Shown: positions 36,075 to 46,175 of the stretch, one piece after another | Numbering within the stretch: position 1 is the first letter of the stretch | How the letters are laid out: each line of letters starts with the position of its first letter | Position numbers and translations under genes: made by a program | The notes under the pieces: model-generated | What the model was told of the DNA's origin: nothing | Databases searched by the model: none | What the model saw: the letters and a program-made list of their open reading frames with translations, nothing else | From: Bacteroidales bacterium | GTDB taxonomy: Bacteria > Bacteroidota > Bacteroidia > Bacteroidales > AUK083 | DNA length: 63,976 nucleotides | Reading direction: 5' to 3' | Assembly (NCBI GenBank): GCA_021158345.1 | Contig: JAGGUV010000118.1 | Location: 1-63,976, forward strand

Positions 36075-38072
36075 ATGACTTCAAACGAATCAAAAGTCAA
36101 CGAAGAATTACCTGAGAACAAAAATCAATCTGAACAGGTAGAAGAAAAAAAAGAAGTTGTTGAAACTACAGAAAAAAAAGTAGAAGAAGAACAACCAAAA
36201 GAAACAACAGTAGAAGCAACTGCAAAACCAGAAGAAACAACAGAAGAAGAGAATTCAAAAACTGAAGAAGTAAAAGAAGAAATCAATCTCGAAAAACCTG
36301 TTGTGGAAGATTTTAACTGGGATGCAATAGGAAAAAAACAAGAGGCATACTCAAAAGAAGAAAGAGAAAAACTTGAAGGAATCTATGACAAAACTTTAAG
36401 TAAAATTGTTGAGCATGAAGTTATCGACGGTACTGTTGTTGCTAAAACAAACAGAGAGGTTGTTGTAAATATAGGTTTCAAATCAGAAGGTATTATTCCT
36501 ATATCAGAATTAAGATATAACCCTGATATTAAAGTTGGAGATCCTATTGAAGTATATGTAGAAACTCAAGAAGACCCAAAAGGACAATTAATTCTTTCTC
36601 ATAAAAAAGCACGTACTCTCAGATCATGGGAAAAAATTAACAAAGCTTATGACAATCAGGAAATTATTAAAGGATATACAAAATGTCGTACTAAAGGTGG
36701 TTTAATTGTTGATGTATTCGGTATTGAAGCATTCTTACCGGGCTCACAAATTGATGTTAAACCTATTAGAGATTATGATGCTTTTGTTAACAAAACCATG
36801 GAATTCAAAGTTGTAAAAATCAACCACGAATTTAAAAATGTTGTTGTTTCACATAAAGCTCTTATTGAGGCTGAATTAGAAATACAAAAAACCGAGATAA
36901 TGGCTAAACTTGAAAAAGGCCAGGTTCTTGAAGGTACTGTTAAAAACATCACATCATACGGAGTATTTGTTGACTTAGGTGGTATTGACGGCTTAATTCA
37001 TATTACTGACTTATCATGGGGAAGAATAAATCATCCAAATGAAATTGTTGATTTAGACCAAAAAATTAAAGTTGTTATTCTCGACTTTGATGAAAACAAA
37101 AAACGTATTGCTTTAGGATTAAAACAATTAACACCTCATCCATGGGATAGCCTTGATCCAAACTTAAAAGTTGGAGATAAAGTTAAAGGTAAAGTTGTTG
37201 TAATTGCTGATTATGGTGCATTTGTTGAAATTTATCCTGGCGTTGAAGGTTTAATTCATGTTTCTGAAATGTCTTGGTCACAACATCTACGTACTGCTCA
37301 CGATTTCCTTAAAATAGGTGATATTGTTGAAGGTGTAATTTTAACTCTTGACAGAGAAGAAAGAAAAATGTCTTTAGGTATTAAACAATTAATTCCTGAT
37401 CCTTGGATTAATATTAAAGAAAAATATCCTATTAATTCAAGACATACTGCTACAGTTCGTAACTTTACCAACTTTGGTATTTTTGTTGAATTAGAAGAAG
37501 GTATTGACGGTTTAATTCACATCTCTGATCTTTCATGGTCTAAAAAAATTAAACATCCTGCTGAATTCACAAAAATTAATGAAAAAATCGAAGTTGTTGT
37601 CTTAGATATTGATACTGAAAACAGAAGATTAAGCTTAGGTCATAAACAATTGGAAGAAAATCCTTGGGATGTATTTGAATCAGTATTTACTGTTGGTTCT
37701 ATTCATAAAGGTACTGTTGTAAAAATTCATGACAATGGAGCTATTGTAGCGCTACCTTATGGTGTTGAAGGTTTTGCACCAACAAGACATATACAAAAAG
37801 AAGATAATACTACTATTAAAATTGATGAGACTGCAGACTTTAAAGTTATAGAATTTTCAAAAGAAAATAAAAAAATTATAGTTTCTCATTCTAAAATCTT
37901 CCAAGATAAGAAAGCTAAAGAAAAATCAAAAACAATTGAGGCTAAAAAAGAGGCTGATAAAAAAGTCAAAAAAAATGTTAATAAAATAAAAAATAACATT
38001 GAAAAAACAACTTTAGGGGATATTGATGTTTTAGCAAACTTAAAATCTAAAATGGATAAAGACAAAAAATAA
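36075..38072 (+). CDS. rpsA: 30S ribosomal protein S1 with an acidic E/K/T-rich N-terminal extension
   Basis: Six S1/OB repeats (for example GQVLEGTVKNITSYGVFVDLGGIDGLIHITDLSW and GDKVKGKVVVIADYGAFVEIYPGVEGLIHVSEMSW). The first ~75 aa are low-complexity E/K/T. Confidence 0.95.
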   Translation: MTSNESKVNEELPENKNQSEQVEEKKEVVETTEKKVEEEQPKETTVEATAKPEETTEEENSKTEEVKEEINLEKPVVEDFNWDAIGKKQEAYSKEEREKLEGIYDKTLSKIVEHEVIDGTVVAKTNREVVVNIGFKSEGIIPISELRYNPDIKVGDPIEVYVETQEDPKGQLILSHKKARTLRSWEKINKAYDNQEIIKGYTKCRTKGGLIVDVFGIEAFLPGSQIDVKPIRDYDAFVNKTMEFKVVKINHEFKNVVVSHKALIEAELEIQKTEIMAKLEKGQVLEGTVKNITSYGVFVDLGGIDGLIHITDLSWGRINHPNEIVDLDQKIKVVILDFDENKKRIALGLKQLTPHPWDSLDPNLKVGDKVKGKVVVIADYGAFVEIYPGVEGLIHVSEMSWSQHLRTAHDFLKIGDIVEGVILTLDREERKMSLGIKQLIPDPWINIKEKYPINSRHTATVRNFTNFGIFVELEEGIDGLIHISDLSWSKKIKHPAEFTKINEKIEVVVLDIDTENRRLSLGHKQLEENPWDVFESVFTVGSIHKGTVVKIHDNGAIVALPYGVEGFAPTRHIQKEDNTTIKIDETADFKVIEFSKENKKIIVSHSKIFQDKKAKEKSKTIEAKKEADKKVKKNVNKIKNNIEKTTLGDIDVLANLKSKMDKDKK

Positions 38073-38100
38073 CATTTTTAAACCTCACTTTTTTTAAAAA

Positions 38101-38131
38101 AGGATGCTGCTTATTGTAGCATCCTTTTTTT
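38101..38131 (+). terminator. Rho-independent terminator after rpsA
   Basis: Stem aggatgct / agcatcct, 9-nt loop, T7 tail. Confidence 0.85.
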
Positions 38132-38180
38132 ATTATACCTCTCCATATATGATGTTTGGATACTTCACTTTTTTTATCTT

Positions 38181-38365
38181 CTAAAATCATAAATCGTTAA
38201 TCTTAAATCATCCCTATCTTCACAAATCTAAAATCTAAAATCATTCCCTTTTGATTTCAGAACCCTGCTACAGTCGTTTCTCTTCACCTTGTGAAATAGA
38301 AAAATGATTTCACTTGGCAGGCAGAACAGGCAAGGATTAACGATTAGCGATTTTTGATTTTTCAG
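38181..38365. other. ~185-nt element bounded by imperfect inverted repeats (MITE-like remnant or structured RNA)
   Basis: Left arm ctaaaatcataaatcgttaatc (38181-38202). The right arm gattaacgattagcgatttttgatttttcag (38335-38365) is its imperfect reverse complement. The interior holds hairpin gtgaaat/atttcac (38291-38313) and a GC-rich patch cttggcaggcagaacaggcaagg. Confidence 0.3.
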
Positions 38366-38403
38366 TTTAAAAAGTAAATTAAGAATATACATATTATAAT
38401 GAA

Positions 38404-38417
38404 TTAATAGAAGTCCC
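38404..38417 (+). repeat. Intergenic motif copy 3 (TTAATAGAAGTCCC)
   Basis: The exact 14-mer is the reverse complement of 57739-57752. Confidence 0.9.
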
Positions 38418-38497
38418 ATATATTTAATAACAAATAATTTTGTGATACACAAATAAAAAATATACCTTTGAAAAAAATAAAATTAAATATTTTAAAC

Positions 38498-39403
38498 ATG
38501 AAAAAATCAAACATTAAACAGCCAGTTTCATTAGTATTATCAAGTGGAGGAGCAAGAGGGATTGCACATATAGGTGTTATTGAAATATTAGAAAATCAAG
38601 ATTTTGAGATAAAATCTATTTCAGGGGCATCAATGGGAGCCCTGATAGGTGGCATTTATGCAGCAGGCAAATTAAAAGAATACAAAGAATGGATATCAGG
38701 GTTAAAAAAAATTGATGTTTTAAAAATGTTTGATTTTACATTAAGCAAATACGGGCTTGTAAAAGGAAATAAAGTCTTTAAAGAAATGGAAAAAATAGTT
38801 CCAAATATAAATATTGAGGACATGGATATTACATTTACAGCCATTGCCACTGATATTTTAAAAAGAAAGGAAATGATTTTTAACTCAGGCAAATTATTTG
38901 ATGCAATAAGAGCTTCCATAGCAATACCATCAGTTTTTACACCTCTAATAATAAACAACTCTCAATTAGTAGATGGAGGTGTTGTAAATCCTATACCTAT
39001 CAACAGGGTTAAAAGAACCCCGGGGGATATTATCGTTGCTGTGAATGTTGGAGCAAACATTCCTATAGAATATCCTAAAATTAGTCATTCCGAACAAAAT
39101 GAAAAACAAACTGATAACGAAATATCAGAAATAATCAATACTGTTTTAAAAAAAATATTTAGAGTAAAACAAACAAAAAATACCAAAAACACATTAGGAT
39201 ATTTTGAATTGATATCCGAAACTATGAACACAATGCTTCAAAGATTAACAGAAATGTCAATAGAATATAATAAACCGGACATTTTAATAAACATATCAAG
39301 ACATTCATGCGGGACATTTGATTTTTATAAAGCAGATAAAATGATAAAAATCGGGAGAGAAGAAACATTAAAAAGCATCAAAAATTACAGAGAGAAAAAA
39401 TAA
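38498..39403 (+). CDS. Patatin-like phospholipase
   Basis: LSSGGARGIAHIGV (oxyanion G-G-x-R), GASMGA (GxSxG), DGGVVNPIP (catalytic Asp). I prefer ATG 38498 to the tracked TTG 38468. Confidence 0.88.
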   Translation: MKKSNIKQPVSLVLSSGGARGIAHIGVIEILENQDFEIKSISGASMGALIGGIYAAGKLKEYKEWISGLKKIDVLKMFDFTLSKYGLVKGNKVFKEMEKIVPNINIEDMDITFTAIATDILKRKEMIFNSGKLFDAIRASIAIPSVFTPLIINNSQLVDGGVVNPIPINRVKRTPGDIIVAVNVGANIPIEYPKISHSEQNEKQTDNEISEIINTVLKKIFRVKQTKNTKNTLGYFELISETMNTMLQRLTEMSIEYNKPDILINISRHSCGTFDFYKADKMIKIGREETLKSIKNYREKK

Positions 39404-39487
39404 TTTATTTTTTGCATAAACTGAGATAACTATTAATTTTATTTAAAGGTCAGATTTTTCTTACTTTTACAAAAAAATTCCCTACAG

Positions 39488-40399
39488 ATGAATCCATATG
39501 TATTAATATTGGGCAGCAATGCAGCAACTCCTTCAAAAGACAGAAATCCCAGTGCACAAATATTATTTCTCGCAGGTAAAACTTTTTTGATTGATTGTGC
39601 TGAAGGAACTCAGATGCAATTAGTTAAATATAAAATCAAATTCAATAACATTGAAAATATTTTTATCAGTCATTTACATGGCGACCATTATTTCGGATTA
39701 ATAAGTCTTATCTCTTCTTTTCATCTGTTGGGCAGAAAAAACCCATTGCATATTTATGCTAATGCTGATTTAAAAAATATTATAGACATACAACTACAGG
39801 TTTCTAAAACAACTTTGCAGTATCCATTATATTTTCATTCAATTAATGCAGAAGCTTTTGAAACAATTTTTGAAGATAGCAACATAGAAATTAAAAGTTT
39901 TCCTTTGGAGCATAGCATTTCTACTTCAGGATTTTTGTTTAAAGAAAAAAAGAAAGAAAGAAATATAAACAAAAGCTTTTTAAGAAAAGAAAAACCTTCA
40001 ATAGAAGAAATAAAAAAAATTAAAAACGGTGCTGATTATATAAATAATCAAGGAAAAAAATATTCTAATGAAGATATAACTTTTATTCATAAAGAACCAT
40101 GTTCATACGCATATTGCTCTGACACAAGATATTCGGAATCAATTATTAAATATATTTCGGGTGTTAACATATTATATCATGAAGCAACTTTTAAAGCCGA
40201 CAGACAAAAAAACGCTTATGAAAAATTTCATTCTACAACAACAGAAGCAGGTCTTATAGCTAAAAAAGCTAATGTAAAAAAATTAATTATCGGCCACTTC
40301 TCTTCAAGATATGATAATTTAACTGAACTGATTGAAGAAACTAAAACTGTTTTTAAAAACTCGGAAATTGCTGAGCAAGGGAAAAAATTTTTATTATAA
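39488..40399 (+). CDS. rnz: Ribonuclease Z (MBL fold)
   Basis: ISHLHGDHYFGL motif, about 300 aa, C-terminal GHFSSRY. Confidence 0.88.
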   Translation: MNPYVLILGSNAATPSKDRNPSAQILFLAGKTFLIDCAEGTQMQLVKYKIKFNNIENIFISHLHGDHYFGLISLISSFHLLGRKNPLHIYANADLKNIIDIQLQVSKTTLQYPLYFHSINAEAFETIFEDSNIEIKSFPLEHSISTSGFLFKEKKKERNINKSFLRKEKPSIEEIKKIKNGADYINNQGKKYSNEDITFIHKEPCSYAYCSDTRYSESIIKYISGVNILYHEATFKADRQKNAYEKFHSTTTEAGLIAKKANVKKLIIGHFSSRYDNLTELIEETKTVFKNSEIAEQGKKFLL

Positions 40400-40462
40400 T
40401 AAAAGATATTTTTCTTAGTTAATATCTAAGAAAAATTATATCATTAAAAATATACATTTAAA

Positions 40463-41722
40463 ATGAGTGACAAATTCAACACTATTATTAATTCGGAAAT
40501 TGGAGAGCTTGAGGGTGTTATAATCCATACTCCCAGTCATGAAATCGAAAACATGACACCTGGAAATGCAGAAAGAGCTTTATACAGCGATATATTAAAT
40601 CTTTCAATTGCATCATCAGAATATTCTCAATTTAAAAATGTTCTTGAAAAACACACTAAAACATTCGAAGTTAAAGATCTTTTAACTGACATATTACTAA
40701 ATGAAAAAGTAAAACACAATTTAATAGATAAAATTTGTAAAGATGAAAACAAATTTAACCTCAAAAACAAACTCTTATCATTAAATCCTAAAGAACTTAC
40801 TACTCAGCTTATTGAAGGTATAATAATGGATAAAAACACTTTAACAAATTATTTAAACAAAGACAGATTTTCGTTAAAACCTTTACATAATTTTTTCTTT
40901 ACACGTGATGCCTCAGTAAGTATTTTCAATAATGTATTTATTAGCAAAATGGCAAATAAAATCCGTGAAAGAGAATCTATTATCATGGAAGCAATTTTCG
41001 ATTATCATCCTTTTTTTAACACAAAAACTATTAACCCTTTAAATTTTAAATCTGCGCCTGAATTAACTTTCGAAGGTGGTGATGTTTTAGTGGCAAGAGA
41101 TGATGTAATAATTGTAGGACAAGGTGCAAGAACTAATTCTCAAGGCATTGACTTTATCATTGACAAGATAAAAGAAAATAAAGAAAAAAAACATATCATT
41201 GTCCAGGAATTACCTTATTCTCCTGAATCATTTATTCATCTTGATATGGTTTTTACTTTCCTTGATGTTGACAAATGCATGGTTTATTCTCCTCTTATTA
41301 TGAAATCAAACAGATTTTTAACTATTCATATTACTGTTGATAATGGAAAAGTCGTTTCAATTAAAAAAGAAAAAAACATTCCTGAGGCATTAAGAAAAAT
41401 CGGTATGGATATTAAAACAATATCATGCGGTGGAGAGAAAGATTTATATATTCAGGAAAGAGAACAATGGCATAGCGGTGCTAACTTTTTTGCCTTGTCT
41501 CCCGGAAAAATTATCGGTTATGGCAGAAATCAATATACTATTGAAGAATTAAATAAAAACGGGTTTGAAATTATTAATGCAAAAGATATTATTAAAAATA
41601 AAGTTGATATTAAAAAATACGATAAATATGTAGTTACTATTGATGGTTCAGAGCTTTCAAGAGGCGGTGGCGGCTGTAGATGTATGACTATGCCTGTTAA
41701 AAGAAAAACAGTTAAATGGTAA
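40463..41722 (+). CDS. arcA: Arginine deiminase family protein
   Basis: SEIGELEGVIIHTP, FFFTRDAS, FEGGDVLV, IHLDMVF, and the C-terminal catalytic Cys in GGGGCRCMTMP. Confidence 0.85.
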   Translation: MSDKFNTIINSEIGELEGVIIHTPSHEIENMTPGNAERALYSDILNLSIASSEYSQFKNVLEKHTKTFEVKDLLTDILLNEKVKHNLIDKICKDENKFNLKNKLLSLNPKELTTQLIEGIIMDKNTLTNYLNKDRFSLKPLHNFFFTRDASVSIFNNVFISKMANKIRERESIIMEAIFDYHPFFNTKTINPLNFKSAPELTFEGGDVLVARDDVIIVGQGARTNSQGIDFIIDKIKENKEKKHIIVQELPYSPESFIHLDMVFTFLDVDKCMVYSPLIMKSNRFLTIHITVDNGKVVSIKKEKNIPEALRKIGMDIKTISCGGEKDLYIQEREQWHSGANFFALSPGKIIGYGRNQYTIEELNKNGFEIINAKDIIKNKVDIKKYDKYVVTIDGSELSRGGGGCRCMTMPVKRKTVKW

Positions 41723-41897
41723 CCTGTTTTAAATATCCGGGATTTGCTAATGACATGTATAATATTTATTAACTAATCCCGAATTAAAAAATCATTTACT
41801 GGAATTATGCTATTTTTTTTATTTTTACATATTAAAAATAGTATAATTTTAAAAACACTTTTTCGGAGATATATCAATAATTAAAACTACATAACTT

Positions 41898-42710
41898 ATG
41901 CTTAGTAATATTCCAAAAATAAAAAATCTTAAATACAATAATTTCTTTCTTATTGCAGGTCCTTGTGTTGTTGAAAATGAAGAAATTACTTTTAATACTG
42001 CCAAAAAAATTCGTAGTATAACAGATGAGCTGAAAATTCCTTTTATTTTTAAATCATCATACAAAAAAGCAAACAGAACAAAATTTGATTCCTTTACAGG
42101 CATAGGTGATGAAAAAGCTCTGAATATATTAAAAAAAATCAGAGAAGAATTAAATATTCCTGTTCTTACCGACATACACACAGAAAAAGAAGCTTATCTT
42201 GCTGCCGAATATGTTGACGTAATTCAAATCCCTGCATTTCTGTGCAGACAAACCGACTTGCTTATTGCAGCAGGAAAAACAGGCAAATTTGTTAACATCA
42301 AAAAAGGTCAGTTTCTTTCTGCCGAATCAATGAAATTTGCAGTAGAAAAAATTAAAAGTACAGGTAATAATAATATTATGCTCACAGACAGAGGCAATAT
42401 GTATGGTTATCAAGACCTGATTATTGACTACAGAAATATCAAAATAATGCAGCAAAACAATTTACCTGTAATATTAGATTGCACACATTCGTTACAACAG
42501 CCTAATCAGGCAGCAGGAGTATCAGGTGGAAAGCCCGAATTAATTGAAACTGTTGCCAAAGCCGGTATTGCTGTTGGTGTTGATGGTATTTTTATTGAAA
42601 CACATCCTGACCCTTCAATAGCAAAATCTGACGGTGCTAATATGTTAAAATTAGATTTGCTGGAAAATTTACTAATTAAACTGATAAAAATACGTAAAGC
42701 TATTATCTGA
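41898..42710 (+). CDS. kdsA: 3-deoxy-8-phosphooctulonate synthase
   Basis: FLIAGPCVVE, FKSSYKKANR, IQIPAFLCRQTDL, NIKKGQF, DCTHSLQ. Confidence 0.95.
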   Translation: MLSNIPKIKNLKYNNFFLIAGPCVVENEEITFNTAKKIRSITDELKIPFIFKSSYKKANRTKFDSFTGIGDEKALNILKKIREELNIPVLTDIHTEKEAYLAAEYVDVIQIPAFLCRQTDLLIAAGKTGKFVNIKKGQFLSAESMKFAVEKIKSTGNNNIMLTDRGNMYGYQDLIIDYRNIKIMQQNNLPVILDCTHSLQQPNQAAGVSGGKPELIETVAKAGIAVGVDGIFIETHPDPSIAKSDGANMLKLDLLENLLIKLIKIRKAII

Positions 42711-42744
42711 TTTTTATAAGGGTTTTATTACAAAAACCATCAAA

Positions 42745-43923
42745 CTATTTTTCTATTACAACATTTTTTATTGAGCCTGTATTTGGGTAAAATTTTATCT
42801 CTGATTTATTAGCAGGCAAAAATGTAACTATACCAAATTGATTTATTAAAAAATCCGATTTAAAATACTCTTCCTTATTATAAATTATAGAAACATTACC
42901 ATAATCGGGTATTCTGTAATAAAAACCTTTTGATCTCTTTTCTTTCTTGGTATCGTAATTTTTCTTAATAACATTATTAAACTTATCAGTAGTCTTCATG
43001 TTAATAACTTTAATATTAACTTTTTCCCCAATGGAAGACGATAAATCATGAACACCTGAACTTTCGGAGAACTTAAATAATGGAGTTATAAGTTCATCTT
43101 TTATATCTGAATTGGGAATATATGTATAATGGTAAGTGAATTTTTTCTCTAATTTAACCCCTGTAAATAATTTTAAATCATCATCACTGATTTTTTTCAA
43201 TTGCGAGTCCATATATTCAATTGCTCCTTTATCATAACTAACTTCCTGAAAACCTGTAAGCAATTTATACCTGCTTTCTTTTATTCTCATTATTTCATCA
43301 GCAATTTCTTTTGCTTTATCTTCCGAAGTTTTGTTAATCAGAACAGTATTAAAAATTTGCTTCTCAATTGTAGAAGTATCAACATCAACTCTTGTAAAAA
43401 CAGTATCAATATGCTCCACAACATCAGGACTTAAATAATAATTAAAAACACTGTTATAATCAAAATTCCCTGAGATATATTTCTTATCTGATTTATTAAT
43501 TTTTCTTTTAAATAATTTATCGTTAACACCCATTATCAACCCTGACTCAGTAAGAGACATCAAAACCGATTTAGTTTCCTTAGATGCTTTTTCATCAATT
43601 TCCACATAATAATATTGATCTGCATCAGGAATATATGAAGGTTTTATTATAACATTAGTAATCTCATATTTATTTGAATTAGTCTTAATTACTTTGTTAA
43701 GCCCAAGATATTTCTTTGCATAATCAGAATAAGGACCTTTAATATTCTGGGTTTTTAATACCTGGACTTCAATATTTAATACAGTTTTTGGTAAAGCATA
43801 ATAAACACCATATCCATTAATTTCTTTTGCAGATGATAATGGTATTACTTTTACCTGTGAAAAAGCACTGTTTATCATACATAATATTAAAGTAAAGACC
43901 AATAAAAATTTATTCCTATCCAT
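42745..43923 (-). CDS. Secreted hypothetical protein
   Basis: I prefer the internal start MDRNKFLLVFTLILCMINSAFSQ (signal peptide) at 43923. No confident domain. Confidence 0.55.
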   Translation of the reverse strand: MDRNKFLLVFTLILCMINSAFSQVKVIPLSSAKEINGYGVYYALPKTVLNIEVQVLKTQNIKGPYSDYAKKYLGLNKVIKTNSNKYEITNVIIKPSYIPDADQYYYVEIDEKASKETKSVLMSLTESGLIMGVNDKLFKRKINKSDKKYISGNFDYNSVFNYYLSPDVVEHIDTVFTRVDVDTSTIEKQIFNTVLINKTSEDKAKEIADEIMRIKESRYKLLTGFQEVSYDKGAIEYMDSQLKKISDDDLKLFTGVKLEKKFTYHYTYIPNSDIKDELITPLFKFSESSGVHDLSSSIGEKVNIKVINMKTTDKFNNVIKKNYDTKKEKRSKGFYYRIPDYGNVSIIYNKEEYFKSDFLINQFGIVTFLPANKSEIKFYPNTGSIKNVVIEK

Positions 43924-44154
43924 TGTTAATATTTTTTTTAACCAATAATCTTTTTGATACAAAGTTATAAGTTTTTTTAAAACAAAAATTTATAACCCAA
44001 TCATTTTAATTTTTTACATCAAAAATACATATTATTTTATTCATAAAAATTAAAATACAGAAACAATTTAATATCTTTGTTGATTCATTTTATAAAAAGC
44101 TATATAAATAGCATTAAAATAAAACTACATTGAGGCAGAGCCATAGGTGAAATT

Positions 44155-44185
44155 AAATAAATTTGCTTTGCAAACAAATTTATTT
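44155..44185. promoter_or_regulatory. 31-bp palindrome carrying back-to-back TAnnTTTG (-7-like) boxes in the divergent region upstream of pstS
   Basis: aaataaatttg-ctttgcaaa-caaatttattt. TAAATTTG reads outward on both strands. It is flanked by ggcag (44134-38) / ctgcc (44187-91). Confidence 0.35.
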
Positions 44186-44269
44186 CCTGCCAAAAGGGCC
44201 GGGGAATTAAACATATTGATAAAATGCTGAAAAATATTTCTTATTAATTAAACATAAAAAAATATTATC

Positions 44270-45247
44270 ATGAAAAATTTGATGAAATTAATAATCAGTT
44301 TAATAATAATTTTTTCTGTGTATAGCTGCAATAATGCTGAAAAAAAAGGCACAAAAAATGACTCTTCTCAGAAAGAATTAAAAGGCAGAATTTCAATATC
44401 AGGGGCTTTTGCTTTATATCCTATAACAGTAAGATGGGCAGAAGAATTTAAAAAGATACATCCAAAAGTAGTAATTGACATTTCAGCAGGAGGTGCAGGT
44501 AAAGGCATGACCGATGCTTTAACACAAATGGTAGATATTGGGATGTTTTCAAGAAATATACGAAAGGCTGAGAAAGACAAAGGAGCATGGTGGGTTGCTG
44601 TTGCTAAAGATGCAGTATTGCCCACTATTAATGTTAAAAATCCATTAATCAGTCAATTAAAAACCAAAGGCATCTCAAAAAAAATATTTATTGATATTTT
44701 TATTAATAATAAAATTAAATATTGGGAAGAATGTTTTGGTGACAAAGAAGGGAAAAACAAAATGAATATCTATACACGTTCTGACGCTTGCGGTGCAGCA
44801 GAAATGTGGGCACAATATTTAGGCGGTCATCAGGAAGGGCTATCAGGAATAGGAGTCTTTGGCGACCCCGGTATTGCAGATGCTTTAAGAAAAGACAAAA
44901 ATGGTATAGGATACAATAATATTATTTATATTTATGATAATTATTCTCGAGAAAAATACAATGGTATTGATGTTATTCCAATAGACTTAAATGAAAACGG
45001 AATTATTGATGAAGAAGAAAAATTTTATACCAATCTTGATAAAATAATGGAGGCAATAAAAGCAGGAAAATATCCTTCTCCCCCTGCAAGAGATTTATAC
45101 CTTGTATCCAAAGGAAAACCCGAAAGGTCTATTGTTATTGTATTTTTAAAATGGATACTCACAGAAGGGCAGAAATATCTTAATGAAGCAGGATACACTC
45201 AATTACCGGAAGATAAAATACAGGAAGAAATAAAAAAATTAAATTAA
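44270..45247 (+). CDS. pstS: Phosphate ABC transporter substrate-binding protein
   Basis: Lipoprotein-type signal (VYSCNN). GAFALYPI...ISAGGAGKG pattern. It is followed by pstCAB. Confidence 0.88.
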   Translation: MKNLMKLIISLIIIFSVYSCNNAEKKGTKNDSSQKELKGRISISGAFALYPITVRWAEEFKKIHPKVVIDISAGGAGKGMTDALTQMVDIGMFSRNIRKAEKDKGAWWVAVAKDAVLPTINVKNPLISQLKTKGISKKIFIDIFINNKIKYWEECFGDKEGKNKMNIYTRSDACGAAEMWAQYLGGHQEGLSGIGVFGDPGIADALRKDKNGIGYNNIIYIYDNYSREKYNGIDVIPIDLNENGIIDEEEKFYTNLDKIMEAIKAGKYPSPPARDLYLVSKGKPERSIVIVFLKWILTEGQKYLNEAGYTQLPEDKIQEEIKKLN

Positions 45248-45268
45248 TTTATTTTAAATAAGATTATT

Positions 45269-46171
45269 GTGAAGATAACCTTAATAAGCAGAAACTCAAA
45301 AGACAAATTCCATTTTACATGGATGACTATTTGTTTGATAATAATATTATTCTTACCATTATTATTAGGAATTGGCTTATATTTAAAATCAAAACTATTA
45401 TTAGATTCCACATCAGTTTTTGATATTTTATTTAGTAAAGAATGGTCACCTATAGAAGGTAAATTCGGCATGCTTCCTTTTATAAATAGTTCTTTGTGGG
45501 TAACAATAATAGCAATATTAATAGCAGGTCCTATTTGCTTATTTTCAGCAATACATCTCACACAATATGCAAAAAAAAGTTTTTTAAATTTTATGCACCC
45601 TATTATTGATATTTTATCGGGGATACCTTCAGTTGTTTATGGAGTTTGGGGCATACTTATTATAGTACCTCTTGTTTCAAAATATATTGGACCGTTTTTC
45701 GGGAAAGAAACTACAGGTTACAGCATACTATCAGGGTCTATTGTTTTGGCTGTTATGATAACACCTTTTATATTAAATATTTTAATAGACATTTTTCAGA
45801 CAATACCAAAAGAATTGCAAGAAGCATCATTATCGTTAGGAGCTACAAAATGGCAGACAATAAAAAAAGTAATTCTAAAAAAAGCATTACCCGGAATTAT
45901 CTCTGCAATTACTTTAGGCATATCAAGAGCTTTTGGCGAAACAATGGCAGTAATGATGGTTGTGGGAAATGTTACTAAATTAAAATACGGGGTTTTTCAA
46001 CCGGGTTATCCCCTACCTGCTTTAATAGCAAATAATTATGGTGAGATGATGTCAATACCAATGTACGATTCAGCTCTTATGTTTGCTGCTTTTATTTTGT
46101 TTGCAATAGTATTATTGTTCAATTTTGCATCCCGGTTATTAATAATAAAATATGAAAGAGAAATAAAATAA
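45269..46171 (+). CDS. pstC: Phosphate ABC transporter permease PstC
   Basis: Six-TM permease with the EAA-type loop EASLSLGATKWQTIKKVILKKALPGI. The tracked start is GTG. Confidence 0.9.
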   Translation: MKITLISRNSKDKFHFTWMTICLIIILFLPLLLGIGLYLKSKLLLDSTSVFDILFSKEWSPIEGKFGMLPFINSSLWVTIIAILIAGPICLFSAIHLTQYAKKSFLNFMHPIIDILSGIPSVVYGVWGILIIVPLVSKYIGPFFGKETTGYSILSGSIVLAVMITPFILNILIDIFQTIPKELQEASLSLGATKWQTIKKVILKKALPGIISAITLGISRAFGETMAVMMVVGNVTKLKYGVFQPGYPLPALIANNYGEMMSIPMYDSALMFAAFILFAIVLLFNFASRLLIIKYEREIK

Positions 46172-46175
46172 TTTT

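Noticed and set aside
38224-38242. AAATCTA heptamer runs (also 21260-21275 in reverse complement, and near 63930-63970) as a distinct repeat family
   Set aside because: This is low-complexity AT-rich sequence that can recur by chance in this genome. It is only mentioned as context for the neighbouring elements.
38228-38452. 74-aa minus-strand ORF between rpsA and the patatin gene
   Set aside because: There is no RBS/start context or recognisable motif. It spans the inverted-repeat element and motif copy 3, so it is more likely non-coding.
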